NCBI GenBank assembly: GCA_965233585.1 | Contig: CBDDTI010000745.1 | Span: forward strand, 224,001 to 288,000 | Direction: 5' to 3' | Origin: a bacterium | Lineage (GTDB): Bacteria; SAR324; NAC60-12 | DNA: 64,000 bases | Shown here: positions 39,434-50,100 of the stretch, one piece after another | Layout of the letters: each line of letters starts with the position of its first letter | How positions within the stretch are numbered: position 1 is the stretch's first letter | Program-made: the position numbers and the translations under genes | The notes under the pieces: generated by a model | Seen by the model: only the letters and a program-made list of their open reading frames with translations | Told to the model about the DNA's origin: nothing | Database searches by the model: none

Positions 39434-40414
39434 TCAAGCCAATTTTTTTGCTGCCAAAACTGCATGAATCATAGATTCGGGATTGGCACAAAAAGACGGA
39501 GCTAGATCAAAAGCGACTCCATGGTCCACAGAAGTCCGAACAATCGGTAATCCTAGAGTGATGTTGACTCCTTGCTCAAATCCCAACAACTTCAAGGCAA
39601 TGTGAGATTGGTCATGGTACAAAGCAATGACGGCATCAAGTTCATCTTTTTGATGATGTAAGAAAATGGAATCAGGAGCAAAAGGACCTGAACACTTAAT
39701 CCCTTCTGCTTGTGCTTGCTGTATGACAGGGATTAACAACTCTTTTTCCTCTGAACCAAACAAGCCATTTTCGCCAGCATGAGGATTTAAGCCCGGTATT
39801 CCCAAACGCGGTCTGTCTATTCCCATTTTTCGCAATGCTTGTGCTGTAATCCTGATGGTTTTAAGGATTTGTTCAGCATTCAAGTTTTCAATCGCACTTT
39901 TAAGTCCTTGATGTAACGTCACATGTGCTGCTCGGAGTTTGCCAACTTGTAGCATCATCACGGGGTGTGCTTTGTTGGTATGATGTGAAAGAATTTCTGT
40001 ATGACCGGGAAAGTGGAGATTGGCAAGATGCAGTGCTTCTTTGCAAAGGGGGGCAGTGACAATGGCATCAATTTGCTGGTGGTTTGCACATTCAATGGCA
40101 GAAACAAGACAACGATAGGCGGTCTCACCTGCCCATGAATTGACATGCCCGAGACGATATTGAAAAGGCTGACTAGATTCACAATGAACTAATGAAAAAG
40201 AGGGGAGTTGATGATGGACATTTTGTTGTGAGATTTCAGTCAGTGGGTTTGCTTGTTGGAGTGCATCGTATGTTTGTTGCAAGACTTCACGATGCCCAAA
40301 AACCACAAAACGCAAAGATTGGTCGCTTTGAAAATGTTGGATTGTGCGAACAACAACTTCTGCACCAATTCCATTGGGGTCGCCCATCGTTAAGCCAATC
40401 AGTTGAGATTTCAT
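39434..40414 (-). CDS. pdxA: 4-hydroxythreonine-4-phosphate dehydrogenase
   Basis: GDPNGIG, GHTE, LNPHAGE, YHDQ, RTSVDHG. Confidence 0.95.
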   Translation of the reverse strand: MKSQLIGLTMGDPNGIGAEVVVRTIQHFQSDQSLRFVVFGHREVLQQTYDALQQANPLTEISQQNVHHQLPSFSLVHCESSQPFQYRLGHVNSWAGETAYRCLVSAIECANHQQIDAIVTAPLCKEALHLANLHFPGHTEILSHHTNKAHPVMMLQVGKLRAAHVTLHQGLKSAIENLNAEQILKTIRITAQALRKMGIDRPRLGIPGLNPHAGENGLFGSEEKELLIPVIQQAQAEGIKCSGPFAPDSIFLHHQKDELDAVIALYHDQSHIALKLLGFEQGVNITLGLPIVRTSVDHGVAFDLAPSFCANPESMIHAVLAAKKLA

Positions 40415-40417
40415 CGG

Positions 40418-41815
40418 TTAGATGCTAAAGCCTAGCGAAACAAAGATTTGTTGATTTTTATATGGTTGAGATTCATTGGTGTCTCCTAAATCTGCACCAT
40501 AGTTAGAAAATCCAACACGCATGATGTGAAATGGAACATTGACTTGAACGCCGTAGGTAGGTTGCATTTGATTCATTCCCGCACTGAAATAAAACAAATA
40601 CTCATCAGGGGTAGCAATGGGAAAAAGTCCAAGTTGTAGCCCAAGATGTGAACGTTGCTCCCAAGAACGACCATAAGTTTCAGAACCACGAACGTAAGTC
40701 GTGCTGCCTTCAATGTCTTTCAGTTCTAATGCACCGAGCATCATAAGAAAGTCATAGGTATATTGATAGCTCATGCCAACATTTAAAGTGCTGGGAATTT
40801 TCAAAGCGGCTCCTTCTAATTCCTGTCCTCCAATATTTTGGTATGTTGCCCCAAATTGATAAGTCCCCTCACTTTCCAGAGAATAGAGAAGACCGATTTC
40901 ATGCCCCCACCAGTTTGCTTTTCTTGTGATGGCAGAGTCAATCGGTTTGGAGTCGCCTGATGTGAATCGGATCAAAGGATAGCGGTCAAGCGTTTTTCCT
41001 AAAAGCTCATACCTTCTTGTTTGATACCCTAATTTGAGGCTATCATCAAGGATAGATATTGCGGCGGCATAGGTTTCTATATCCACCCTAAACACTTGCA
41101 TGTCAATAGATTTAGTCCAAACATCATTCAAGATTTCTTCTTTTTCTTCAATTCTTGGGTCACTTGCGGCTTCTTCTCTTTTTTCTTTGACTCTTTCATC
41201 ATCTTTTAATTTTTCAAGATTCTCTTCCAACTTTTTCTTTTCTTCGTCAGAAAGAGGGCGGTCAAATTCTTTTTCTAAAGTATCTGAAATTTGTTTGGTA
41301 GTTTCTTTGGGGTCATCAAGAGAGATTCTGCGATTTTCTAAAGTAGGAAAGCTGAGTACTGCAAGGACTGTTGTGTATTTTTGTGTGCCAATTCCAAAAC
41401 GTTGAATCACAGGGGAGTCTATTTTCCACTGTAAAGAAAAATGCCCCCAACCTTGAGCATTGATGACATGGGTTGCATTCTTATAGCGGTCAATCAAATT
41501 TTTAGTGTCTTCCACATCACGATCTTTTTTTTCTTGTAGTTCATTGACGAGGTTAGGGTCATAAGCGGTTTGAATCCCAATCAGGCTTTCCCACACAAAA
41601 TCAGCCTCACGTTTAGAAGCAAGCCCTGCAGAATTGTAATTCATCGCCGTTTCTCCTGTTGGGACAACAGACACAAAAGCGTTTCCCATGGATAAAGCTC
41701 TGTTGTGATATTGATAGAGGTACGAGCTGTCTAAAGTAATTTCTATTTCAGCATCTTGAGCATGATTGATTGAAAACACGAATGCAGAAAGCATCAGAAG
41801 TATCAATTTTTTCAT
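40418..41815 (-). CDS. Putative outer-membrane beta-barrel protein (TraF/FadL-like N-terminus) with a charged helical insert
   Basis: Signal peptide; RALSMGNAFV...YNSAGLA; C-terminal FVSLGFSI. Confidence 0.6.
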   Translation of the reverse strand: MKKLILLMLSAFVFSINHAQDAEIEITLDSSYLYQYHNRALSMGNAFVSVVPTGETAMNYNSAGLASKREADFVWESLIGIQTAYDPNLVNELQEKKDRDVEDTKNLIDRYKNATHVINAQGWGHFSLQWKIDSPVIQRFGIGTQKYTTVLAVLSFPTLENRRISLDDPKETTKQISDTLEKEFDRPLSDEEKKKLEENLEKLKDDERVKEKREEAASDPRIEEKEEILNDVWTKSIDMQVFRVDIETYAAAISILDDSLKLGYQTRRYELLGKTLDRYPLIRFTSGDSKPIDSAITRKANWWGHEIGLLYSLESEGTYQFGATYQNIGGQELEGAALKIPSTLNVGMSYQYTYDFLMMLGALELKDIEGSTTYVRGSETYGRSWEQRSHLGLQLGLFPIATPDEYLFYFSAGMNQMQPTYGVQVNVPFHIMRVGFSNYGADLGDTNESQPYKNQQIFVSLGFSI

Positions 41816-41913
41816 ATATCAAATATCCAGAAAATGAGTTAGAATAGACCATTTTATTTGGATTACTTGAAACATTCAATGATTAGAAACAGACAATGAT
41901 TGGAAATTTTCTT

Positions 41914-42528
41914 ATGAAGCAAATGCTTGTTGTGATTCTTGGCTTTCTTTTGTTTTTTTCAGGTTGCACTTCTGGACAAGATGAATTGATTAGCACGGCA
42001 GAAGCAAACAATCTGGAGCAAGTGAAGCAATTAGTGGAGTCAGGTGCGTCCATCAACGTGCAAAACAAAGTGGGGCAAAGTGCATTAATCTGGTCTGCCA
42101 TTCACGACAATCAGGACATGGCTCATTTTCTTTTGGCAAAAGGTGCAACAATAGATTTGGCTGAGATTACGGGACAAACAGCGTTGAGCTTCGCCTCTAT
42201 TGCAAACTCACCAAACGTCGCATTGACCTTAGTTCAAGCTGGGGCAAACCTTAATGTGATTGATGATTTTGGTTGGACTCCTCTGATGCTAGCTGCAGAC
42301 AGTGGTAGTCTTGAAACAGCACAGACGTTGTTGAGAAATCAAGCAAATTTATCTGTGACAAGCCCTGACGGTTGGACTGCCCTGACTTTAGCAGCAAGAC
42401 ACCGTGACATAGAACTTGTGAAAATGTTGATGGCATACGGGGCAGATGCACAACTGGCTTGGACGTGGGCTATTGAAAAGCGAGAGATTGAAGTCATTGA
42501 AACCTTACAACTCCTTCAGTCTCAATGA
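41914..42528 (+). CDS. Ankyrin-repeat lipoprotein
   Basis: Lipobox FSGC; GQTAL/GWTPL repeats. Confidence 0.88.
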   Translation: MKQMLVVILGFLLFFSGCTSGQDELISTAEANNLEQVKQLVESGASINVQNKVGQSALIWSAIHDNQDMAHFLLAKGATIDLAEITGQTALSFASIANSPNVALTLVQAGANLNVIDDFGWTPLMLAADSGSLETAQTLLRNQANLSVTSPDGWTALTLAARHRDIELVKMLMAYGADAQLAWTWAIEKREIEVIETLQLLQSQ

Positions 42529-43355
42529 GTCACTGGATTTGCTGGAATGGTGACTTATGTGAGAAAGACCTTGAAACCACTTTGCTCCAAGACCAAGGCT
42601 TTTTACTTGGCGATGGGTTGTTTGAAACTTTACGGATTCACAAACAAAAGATTCTTTTTTGCCAAGAACACTGGCAGAGACTTTTTGAGTCTGCCCAATA
42701 TTTCTCCCTCCATTTTCCATACTCGCTAGACGACATCTTACAGCAAAGCAATCTCGTCATCGCTAAAAATCAAATCAATGAAGGCATTTTACGTTGGACA
42801 TTAAGCAGAGGCATACCAACTCAACGGCTTGCCTTGCAATCTGAACAGACGCAACTTTTGATTGAAACTTTACCCCTACCCCCTCAAATTCAATCTTGGA
42901 AAATTGGGTTTTGTTCGTGGACACGTTCCGCTGATTGCCCCCTCTTCCGACACAAAACATTAAGCTATCTGGAAAACTTGAAAGCACTTGATGAGGGACG
43001 TTCTAAACAGCTTGATGAAGTGATTTTTTGTTCTGAACGCCAAATTCTTTTAGAGGGAACTCGCAGTCATTTGTTTTGGGTTAAAAATCAAAAAGTCTAT
43101 ACTCCATCTCTCAATCTTGCCATTTTGCGTGGAATCACAAGAAAACAAATTATTGACAAACTGGACGCACAAAAAATAGAGGTGATTGAAACAATGGCAA
43201 CTAAATCAGAATTATTTGCCGCTGAGTCTATCTTTATGACCAACTCCCTGTGGGGAGTGATTCCTGTATCTCATCTGGAAAACAAAAAATTGATGAACAC
43301 ATTTTGCATGGCTGACATTTTAGCAAAGGACACAAGGTCAGACTTTGAAAAATGA
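42525..43355 (+). CDS. pabC: Aminotransferase class IV / aminodeoxychorismate lyase-like
   Basis: GDGLFET, HKTLSY, EG, LRGITR, TNS. Confidence 0.8.
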   Translation: MSHWICWNGDLCEKDLETTLLQDQGFLLGDGLFETLRIHKQKILFCQEHWQRLFESAQYFSLHFPYSLDDILQQSNLVIAKNQINEGILRWTLSRGIPTQRLALQSEQTQLLIETLPLPPQIQSWKIGFCSWTRSADCPLFRHKTLSYLENLKALDEGRSKQLDEVIFCSERQILLEGTRSHLFWVKNQKVYTPSLNLAILRGITRKQIIDKLDAQKIEVIETMATKSELFAAESIFMTNSLWGVIPVSHLENKKLMNTFCMADILAKDTRSDFEK

Positions 43356-43357
43356 AA

Positions 43358-43975
43358 CTATTGTAATTGACTATAAAATCCAAACAAGGCACTGCAAAAA
43401 AACTCAAAATTCTCAATCTCATCATCAAAGGTGAGGCTTTCTAATGTTTCTTCAAAAGCATCGTAAGTGGGAAACATTTTGAAGGCGTCATAAATTTTAA
43501 TTCGGATTCCATGCCTTTTAAGCAAAGGGACAATTTCGTTGACAATCCCATAAATTTCGGTGGGGTCTTCATTTAAGCGGGACAAAACTTGTTGAAAAAA
43601 GAGATGAATCATTTGCCTCAACTTGGTTGAATTTTCTGGCAGACGTCTTGTGGAGAGAAAAGTAGGTTTCTCAGCAGAAGGAGGAGAGACGCTAATTTTA
43701 CGTTTTTCATAAGGTGTTTCTCCATGAGCTAATGCAAGCAAATATCCTGAATCTTTCAGCATTTTGAGTAAATGTTGAACCTCTTCACGTGTCAGCTTTG
43801 CTTCTTGGTTTGCTAAGGTGTTTTTTCTTTCCAAAAAAGGACTATTTTGGTTATGATAGAGGTCATAAGTGGTTGTTCCAGCTTCATAAGCTGGTATTGT
43901 TTGCTTTTTGCTGGGAGGCTTCCGATTGCGGAGGATAGGGGGAAGTTGGGCTTCAGGAATTTTTTTTTGAGACAT
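43358..43975 (-). CDS. Hypothetical protein
   Basis: 205-aa ORF; no motif recognised. Confidence 0.65.
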   Translation of the reverse strand: MSQKKIPEAQLPPILRNRKPPSKKQTIPAYEAGTTTYDLYHNQNSPFLERKNTLANQEAKLTREEVQHLLKMLKDSGYLLALAHGETPYEKRKISVSPPSAEKPTFLSTRRLPENSTKLRQMIHLFFQQVLSRLNEDPTEIYGIVNEIVPLLKRHGIRIKIYDAFKMFPTYDAFEETLESLTFDDEIENFEFFCSALFGFYSQLQ

Positions 43976-44136
43976 GCTAAACTTTGAAAAACTCTCAAAA
44001 AACTCTCAAAAAGGATTTGAAATGAGAGATTTTTTAAATAAGATATTGCAAATCGCGTATGTGATTATCTCATAAAAATTCAAAAAGATTTGGAGAACGT
44101 CATCTATCAAACACAATTTTAAAAAATCGGTTCACT

Positions 44137-47100
44137 ATGAAGTCTCAATTTATTATTTTGTGCAGCGCTTTGGGGCTGTTCCTTTTGCCAAGTCTGGCTT
44201 TGGCTCAAGTCACAACATCTGTGCAAGATGAACCTTTTGGACAAGTGGTTGAGTACAAGGAGGGGGGCAGTCTCCAAAAGATTGAAGTTAAAACAGCAAT
44301 TAAAACTCAAGCACAGTTCAAACTGAGTTTAGCCAATACTTCTACAACTTCCTCCAAAATTTTTACTCTGTCTTCTACTTCTAACTGGCTACAATACGAT
44401 TCTGTTTCTCGTGGGAAAGCTTTTGACCGTGTAACAGGTAGAGATTCTGTTGATGAAAAAACCATCACATTGCCTGCCAGTTCCAATACAACCACCTCCT
44501 TTCAAACTGCCAAACTGATTCACACAGGAAATTATGTTTCTTACCTCCAAGGGTTATCTTCCGTCTTACCTCTTCACTTAAATTTACAAGAATGCGTCAC
44601 TTCGCAAAGTGGGAATCTTTTAGACCCTGCCACTTATGATGGGGGCAGTATTTGTGGCAAACAACAGACCTCGGCAAAAATTGCATCAGGGCATACGGTT
44701 GTTTGGAATAGCACACCGGAGGCTTCTAATGTCATTCATGTCCAAGATGGTGGCATTTTAGAGTTGGCATATACGGGGACGTTTCAAGGTCAAGTCGTTT
44801 TGGAAAAAGGTGCAACTTTAAAAATTACACAAGACACCACCTTGTCAAAATTTAAAATGACTGGCGATGCAACCATTCAAATTGCAGATAGTAGGACTGT
44901 GGAGATTCCTCATCAAATCGGCATTCCATTTCACCAAACACTCACCGTCAGTGGTGGACGGTTGAAGGGTGAAAGAATGGTCATTTATGGCACTTTGACA
45001 ACAGACCAAACGATTATAGAAAATCAAATTTTGGTTGCAAATGGGACGATTCAAACCCAGAAATCAAGCCAAATTTTAGGTGCTATTCAATATGCCGACA
45101 AAGCATTGAAGGAACAACCTAACCATCTACTGAAAGACTTCACTCCTATCCGAGAAGATGACAGAAAAATGATGTATGCCATACACGATTTTGACGGGGA
45201 CGGAGATCAAGATCTTTTCGCAAGAGATGTGAATCATGGGCTGATTTATTATCGCAACGTTGGCACTTTGCAAAAACCTAAATTTGAGAGAAAGCAAATT
45301 CCCAGAGGAATTTATAAGCTCTACGATGTTGGTAGATCCTCTTGGACATACTCCATAGAAACTTTGTATGAGAATCAAATACCTAAGTATATTGCAATTG
45401 GAGCGATCGGAGTTCGGGGGATTTACGAGAACATTGGTAATGCCACAGATTGGAATTTAAAACTTTTAGATCGCACACTAGTGTCAAGTACACCAGTGTA
45501 TTTTATGGATGTGAATGGAGATCATACTTATGAACTGGTCCTGAATTGGTTGGACTTAGAAGTCCTTTCACTCAAAGAATTAAAATTCCTATATGATGAG
45601 AGGTATCCTTTTTATTATCAAGCCATACTAGATGTTGACGGAGATAGAGACCCCGATATGTTTAGTATTGATAACGATCAGGAGGTTCTCACCTATCACC
45701 AAAACATCAGATACGACAGCAGACCGATTGATGCAGAAAAGCAAAAGTTGTATGATTCAGGCGATTTTTTGTCAAGGTGGCAACATTCTCCAGAGGTCTT
45801 TCCAAGCCATGCTTACAAAGAATCTATACCATTTATCAGAGATTTAAACGATGACCAAGTGCCAGAACTTTATCTGCTCACCAAGCTCAATGACCCTATC
45901 CAAGCACTTGAGTTTTTCCCGTACGACAAAGCAACCATTTTCAGCGATAGCAATGAAAGTGTCTTAAAACTTGCAGAATCCCTCACAGTTCCAGAGTATT
46001 CTAAACTTGAAATTTCAGGCTCAAACATTGTCATTCAAGGAGACCTGAACATTCACCCAAAACTCACTCTTCAAACATCAACTCATGTGCAAGGAAACAT
46101 CAGCCTGTACAAAGACTTCACAGCTTTCAAAGATTTGACGATTGCAGGAACAACGACTATAAACGGATCACTTAAGCTTGACCTACGTGAAAATTTTTCA
46201 ACAAAAAATTTGGCGATTCTTGAAAAGTTCAATCCTTTGAATACTCCCACTATGGCAATAGAAAATAGCTTTGGAAAAGATTTTAAGATTGAAAAGCAAC
46301 TGACTGCTAAACATGTTCTTCTGGGAATCACAGGAGGGCGTGTGTTTTTGCCTGAAGTGATAGACCTAGAAGATTCAGCTTTAATGATCGTTCCCAATTC
46401 ATTTCACAATTCTATCAAAACACTCAACCTAGCCAGTGGGAATGTAACATTGAATGTCAATATTGCTCGCCTCAATTCAAGCGGAACAGCCGTTGTGTCA
46501 AATGCTCAAATAGATGAGCTTGTCACACGTGACAACCTGAGATTAAGAAATGCAACAATCAACAACAACTTTCATTTGAACGACCCGAATGCTCTGCTGA
46601 AGCTGGAGGGGGACAACACTTGGAAGGGGAAGTTTCATTTGGAGAAAGGGACGTTTGAAGCCGTTGGAACTGACACAACCTTTGAAGCCCCAGTAGAAAT
46701 TGCAACAACTGCAACTTTTACACAACAATACAACAGACCTACTGTGAAGTTTCAGCAATCAACAACGCTTTCTGGCGTAGTCAATTTTGAAACCTTTGAC
46801 TTTCCCAGAGACCACAGTATCTTTTTTGAAGCTCCTTTGACTATCAGTGGAGCTTTAAAAAATACTGGTAACTTGAGAACTTCGGACACGACCTTGATTC
46901 AGGAATCTGGAACATTGACAAACAATGGTTCGGCAAACTTCCAGAAGTCATTGATTTTGAATGGGAAGTTAGAAAGTTATGGACCATTGTACATTGGTAA
47001 TATTGAGTTTGGAAAGGGGCAACTTTTTTCCGATGGTGTAGCGGTGACCTTTGCAAGTCAAGAAACCCTTTTTCAAAGAGAACCTGAGACAATACCCAAA

Positions 47101-50100
47101 TCAGGAATTGGTGTGGCACTTGTACAACTACCAACAGGGACGTTTCAAATCCATTCTATTCTCCCAGGCGGTGCGGCAGACAAACACGGCTTCTTAAAAC
47201 CCCAAGACTCCATTCTCCAAGTTTCACAAGATGGAATCACCTTTGAAAGTGTGGTCGGCTGGACAATGGCAGATTTGATCAGTAAATTGACAGGTCCTGA
47301 AGACTCTACCGTTTGGCTTGAAATTAACAGACAAACGCCCAGCGCTTTGGTGACTCACAAAATCAATCTCGTTAGAAAACCTGTGATTCAAAGGGAAGTC
47401 ACTGCTCGTTTTGAAGAAAGTGGAATCTCTACTACAAAGCCTTCTCATACTTGGAAAATTGGGAAACATGCCAAAGTAGAAGTAGAAGGAGGAATCATGC
47501 GAAAAATTGCTATTCCTGAGATTCAAGGTGAATTGTCACTTAAAAATGTGAGGTGGTTTGCTCGAAAAGACATTTCTATCGCTTCTGGTGGGATTTTGAA
47601 AAACGAAGGCTGGGGTCTTTCTTTTGACAACCTGAAACTTGATGGAATTTTAGAAAGCAAGCAAGGAGATCTTGATTTTCGTCAATTGACATTAGGAGAA
47701 GGTGTCCTTCGTATTGAAGGAGGTCAAACTAAGTTCCCCATCGCTACTTCAATCACTTTTACAGGTCAGCATACTTTTAGGAATGTTGACATTCAAACCA
47801 GAAGAACAGGTTCAACAAGTGTCTGGAATATAGGAAAGAACACCAAGTTATCCATAGACGGAGGGTCAGTGAAAGACATAGAACTTGGTGAGATTCAAAG
47901 TGATTTTTCTTGGGAGAACGCTGTCATCAACATTCAAAAAACAGAAACTACTGTCCATGACAAAATCACCTTCAAGAACAAAGGTGGTGATGTTCGCTTC
48001 AAACATTTCAAACTTGATGGAACGTTTGAAAATACAAACGGCAATGTTGCCTTTGAAAAACTGACCATCGGGTCAACTGGTCATTTTCAAGTAACCGGCG
48101 GAACAATGAAATTCCCCATCGCCACTTCAGTGACTTTTACAGGTCAACACACTTTTAGGAATGTTGACATTCAGACAATCACAGCAGGTTCTACAAGCGT
48201 TTGGAATATAGGAAAGAACACCAAGTTATCCATAGACGGAGGGTCAGTGAAAGACATAGAGCTTGGTGAAATTCAAAGTGATTTTTCTTGGGAGAATGCT
48301 GTCATCAACATTCAAAAAACAGAAACTACTGTCCATGACAAAATCACCTTCAAGAACAAAGGGGGTGATGTTCGCTTCAAACACTTCAAACTTGATGGGA
48401 CATTTGAAAATACAGACGGCAATGTTGCCTTTGAAAAACTGACCATCGGCTCAACTGGTAGCGTTCAGGCAACTGGTGGAACAATGAAATTCCCCATCGC
48501 CACTTCAGTTACTTTTGCAGGTCAGCATACTTTTAGGAATGTTGACATTCAGACCATCACAGCAGGGTCAACAAGCGTCTGGAATATAGGAAAGAACACC
48601 AAGTTATCCATAGACGGAGGGTCAGTGAAAGACATAGAACTTGGTGAGATTCAAAGTGATTTTTCTTGGGAAAATGCTGTCATCAACATTCAAAAGACAG
48701 AAACTACTGTGCATGACAAAATCACCTTCAAGAATAAAGGGGGAGATGTTCGCTTCAAACACTTCAAACTTGATGGGACATTTGAAAATACAGACGGCAA
48801 TGTTGCCTTTGAAAGATTGACAATCGGCTCAACTGGTAGCATTCAGGCAACTGGTGGAACAATGAAATTCCCCATCGCCACTTCAGTCACTTTCGTTGCA
48901 GGAACAAAAGCAAGGTTTGTCAATGTAGATTTAAGCTCATTAGTTGCAGGACAAAAAAGTGTGTGGTTCATAGACGACAAAGCGACTGTGGAAATCATTG
49001 GCGGTTCAATCCAAGATATTGAAATCAAAACAGGATTGCTTTCAACCAAAGGAACAGAAGACAAAGGAGGCAATACAAATCTGATTACAGGAGGGTCAGG
49101 TAAGAAAACTGTGCAAACAGGCAACACTAAAGTCAGTGTTCCTGCCGATGAAATCAAAGAAAACCCTGATAAATCCGTCACTTTTACCAAAAAGACGAAA
49201 GAAGGCAAAACTGAAACAACACTTTATTCTGATGGTAAAGTACAAATTAAAAAAACAACTACAAGGCAGGGTAAACAGATTGAAACAGAAGTGGAAGCTC
49301 CTCCAAATTCAAAAACTGACACCGATGAAAAATCTGGTATTACTGTGACAGAAAGTCAGCTGGTTCAGCTCTCCAGAGGTCGGACTTCCCAAACAAAAAC
49401 CTCACTTTATCCTGATGGCAAAGTGAAACATGAAACGATTATTACCTCCTCTACTGGTCAAAAGACAATTACTGAAACCAAAGTGCCAGAAGGAGTGAAA
49501 GTAGAGATTGCCTCTTCAGGATACTCCGCCATCGCAGTATCTGACTTTTTAGATGTTGCCGACCCAAAACTTCAGGTAGAAGTGACAAAAATTGAATCGT
49601 TGATAGGATTAGAAGGACGCACTCAAACATTGATTTATACCCAAGACCAAGATGACCCCACTGTCATTGATGCTCCTCTTGCTGTCAAAACTCAAATACA
49701 CCCACTTGCCACAGTTCAGCAATACATTCCTTCTCAACTGGTCAATCAAGTCTCTTCAAACGTCTATCTTTCTGCAAACCGAAAAGGGCAGCTGTTTTCT
49801 TCCTATCACACCAAAGATAAAGATCAAAAATTATTGACTGCCCAAGCCTATCCTGTTTTTGAAAATGGTGCTGATGTCAAAGCAAGTTTTCATTCGGGGC
49901 AGGGACAACTAATTTTGGTGGGTCAAGTTGCAAACCCTTTCATAAATGAACCAAATCTTTTAGTAGGGAAAGACTATGCAACAGGAGACTATGTTCATTT
50001 ATCCGAACGTTCTGCTGATTTTGAGCTGCGGATAGAAAGGAATCTGTTAGAGCCTTTCAATCAAATGTCTGTGGAACAAGGCACTGCGTTTTTAGTGCAA

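Noticed and set aside
40418..41815. TraF-like protein as evidence of a conjugative element
   Set aside because: No other tra, relaxase or integrase genes; it sits in a housekeeping context next to pdxA
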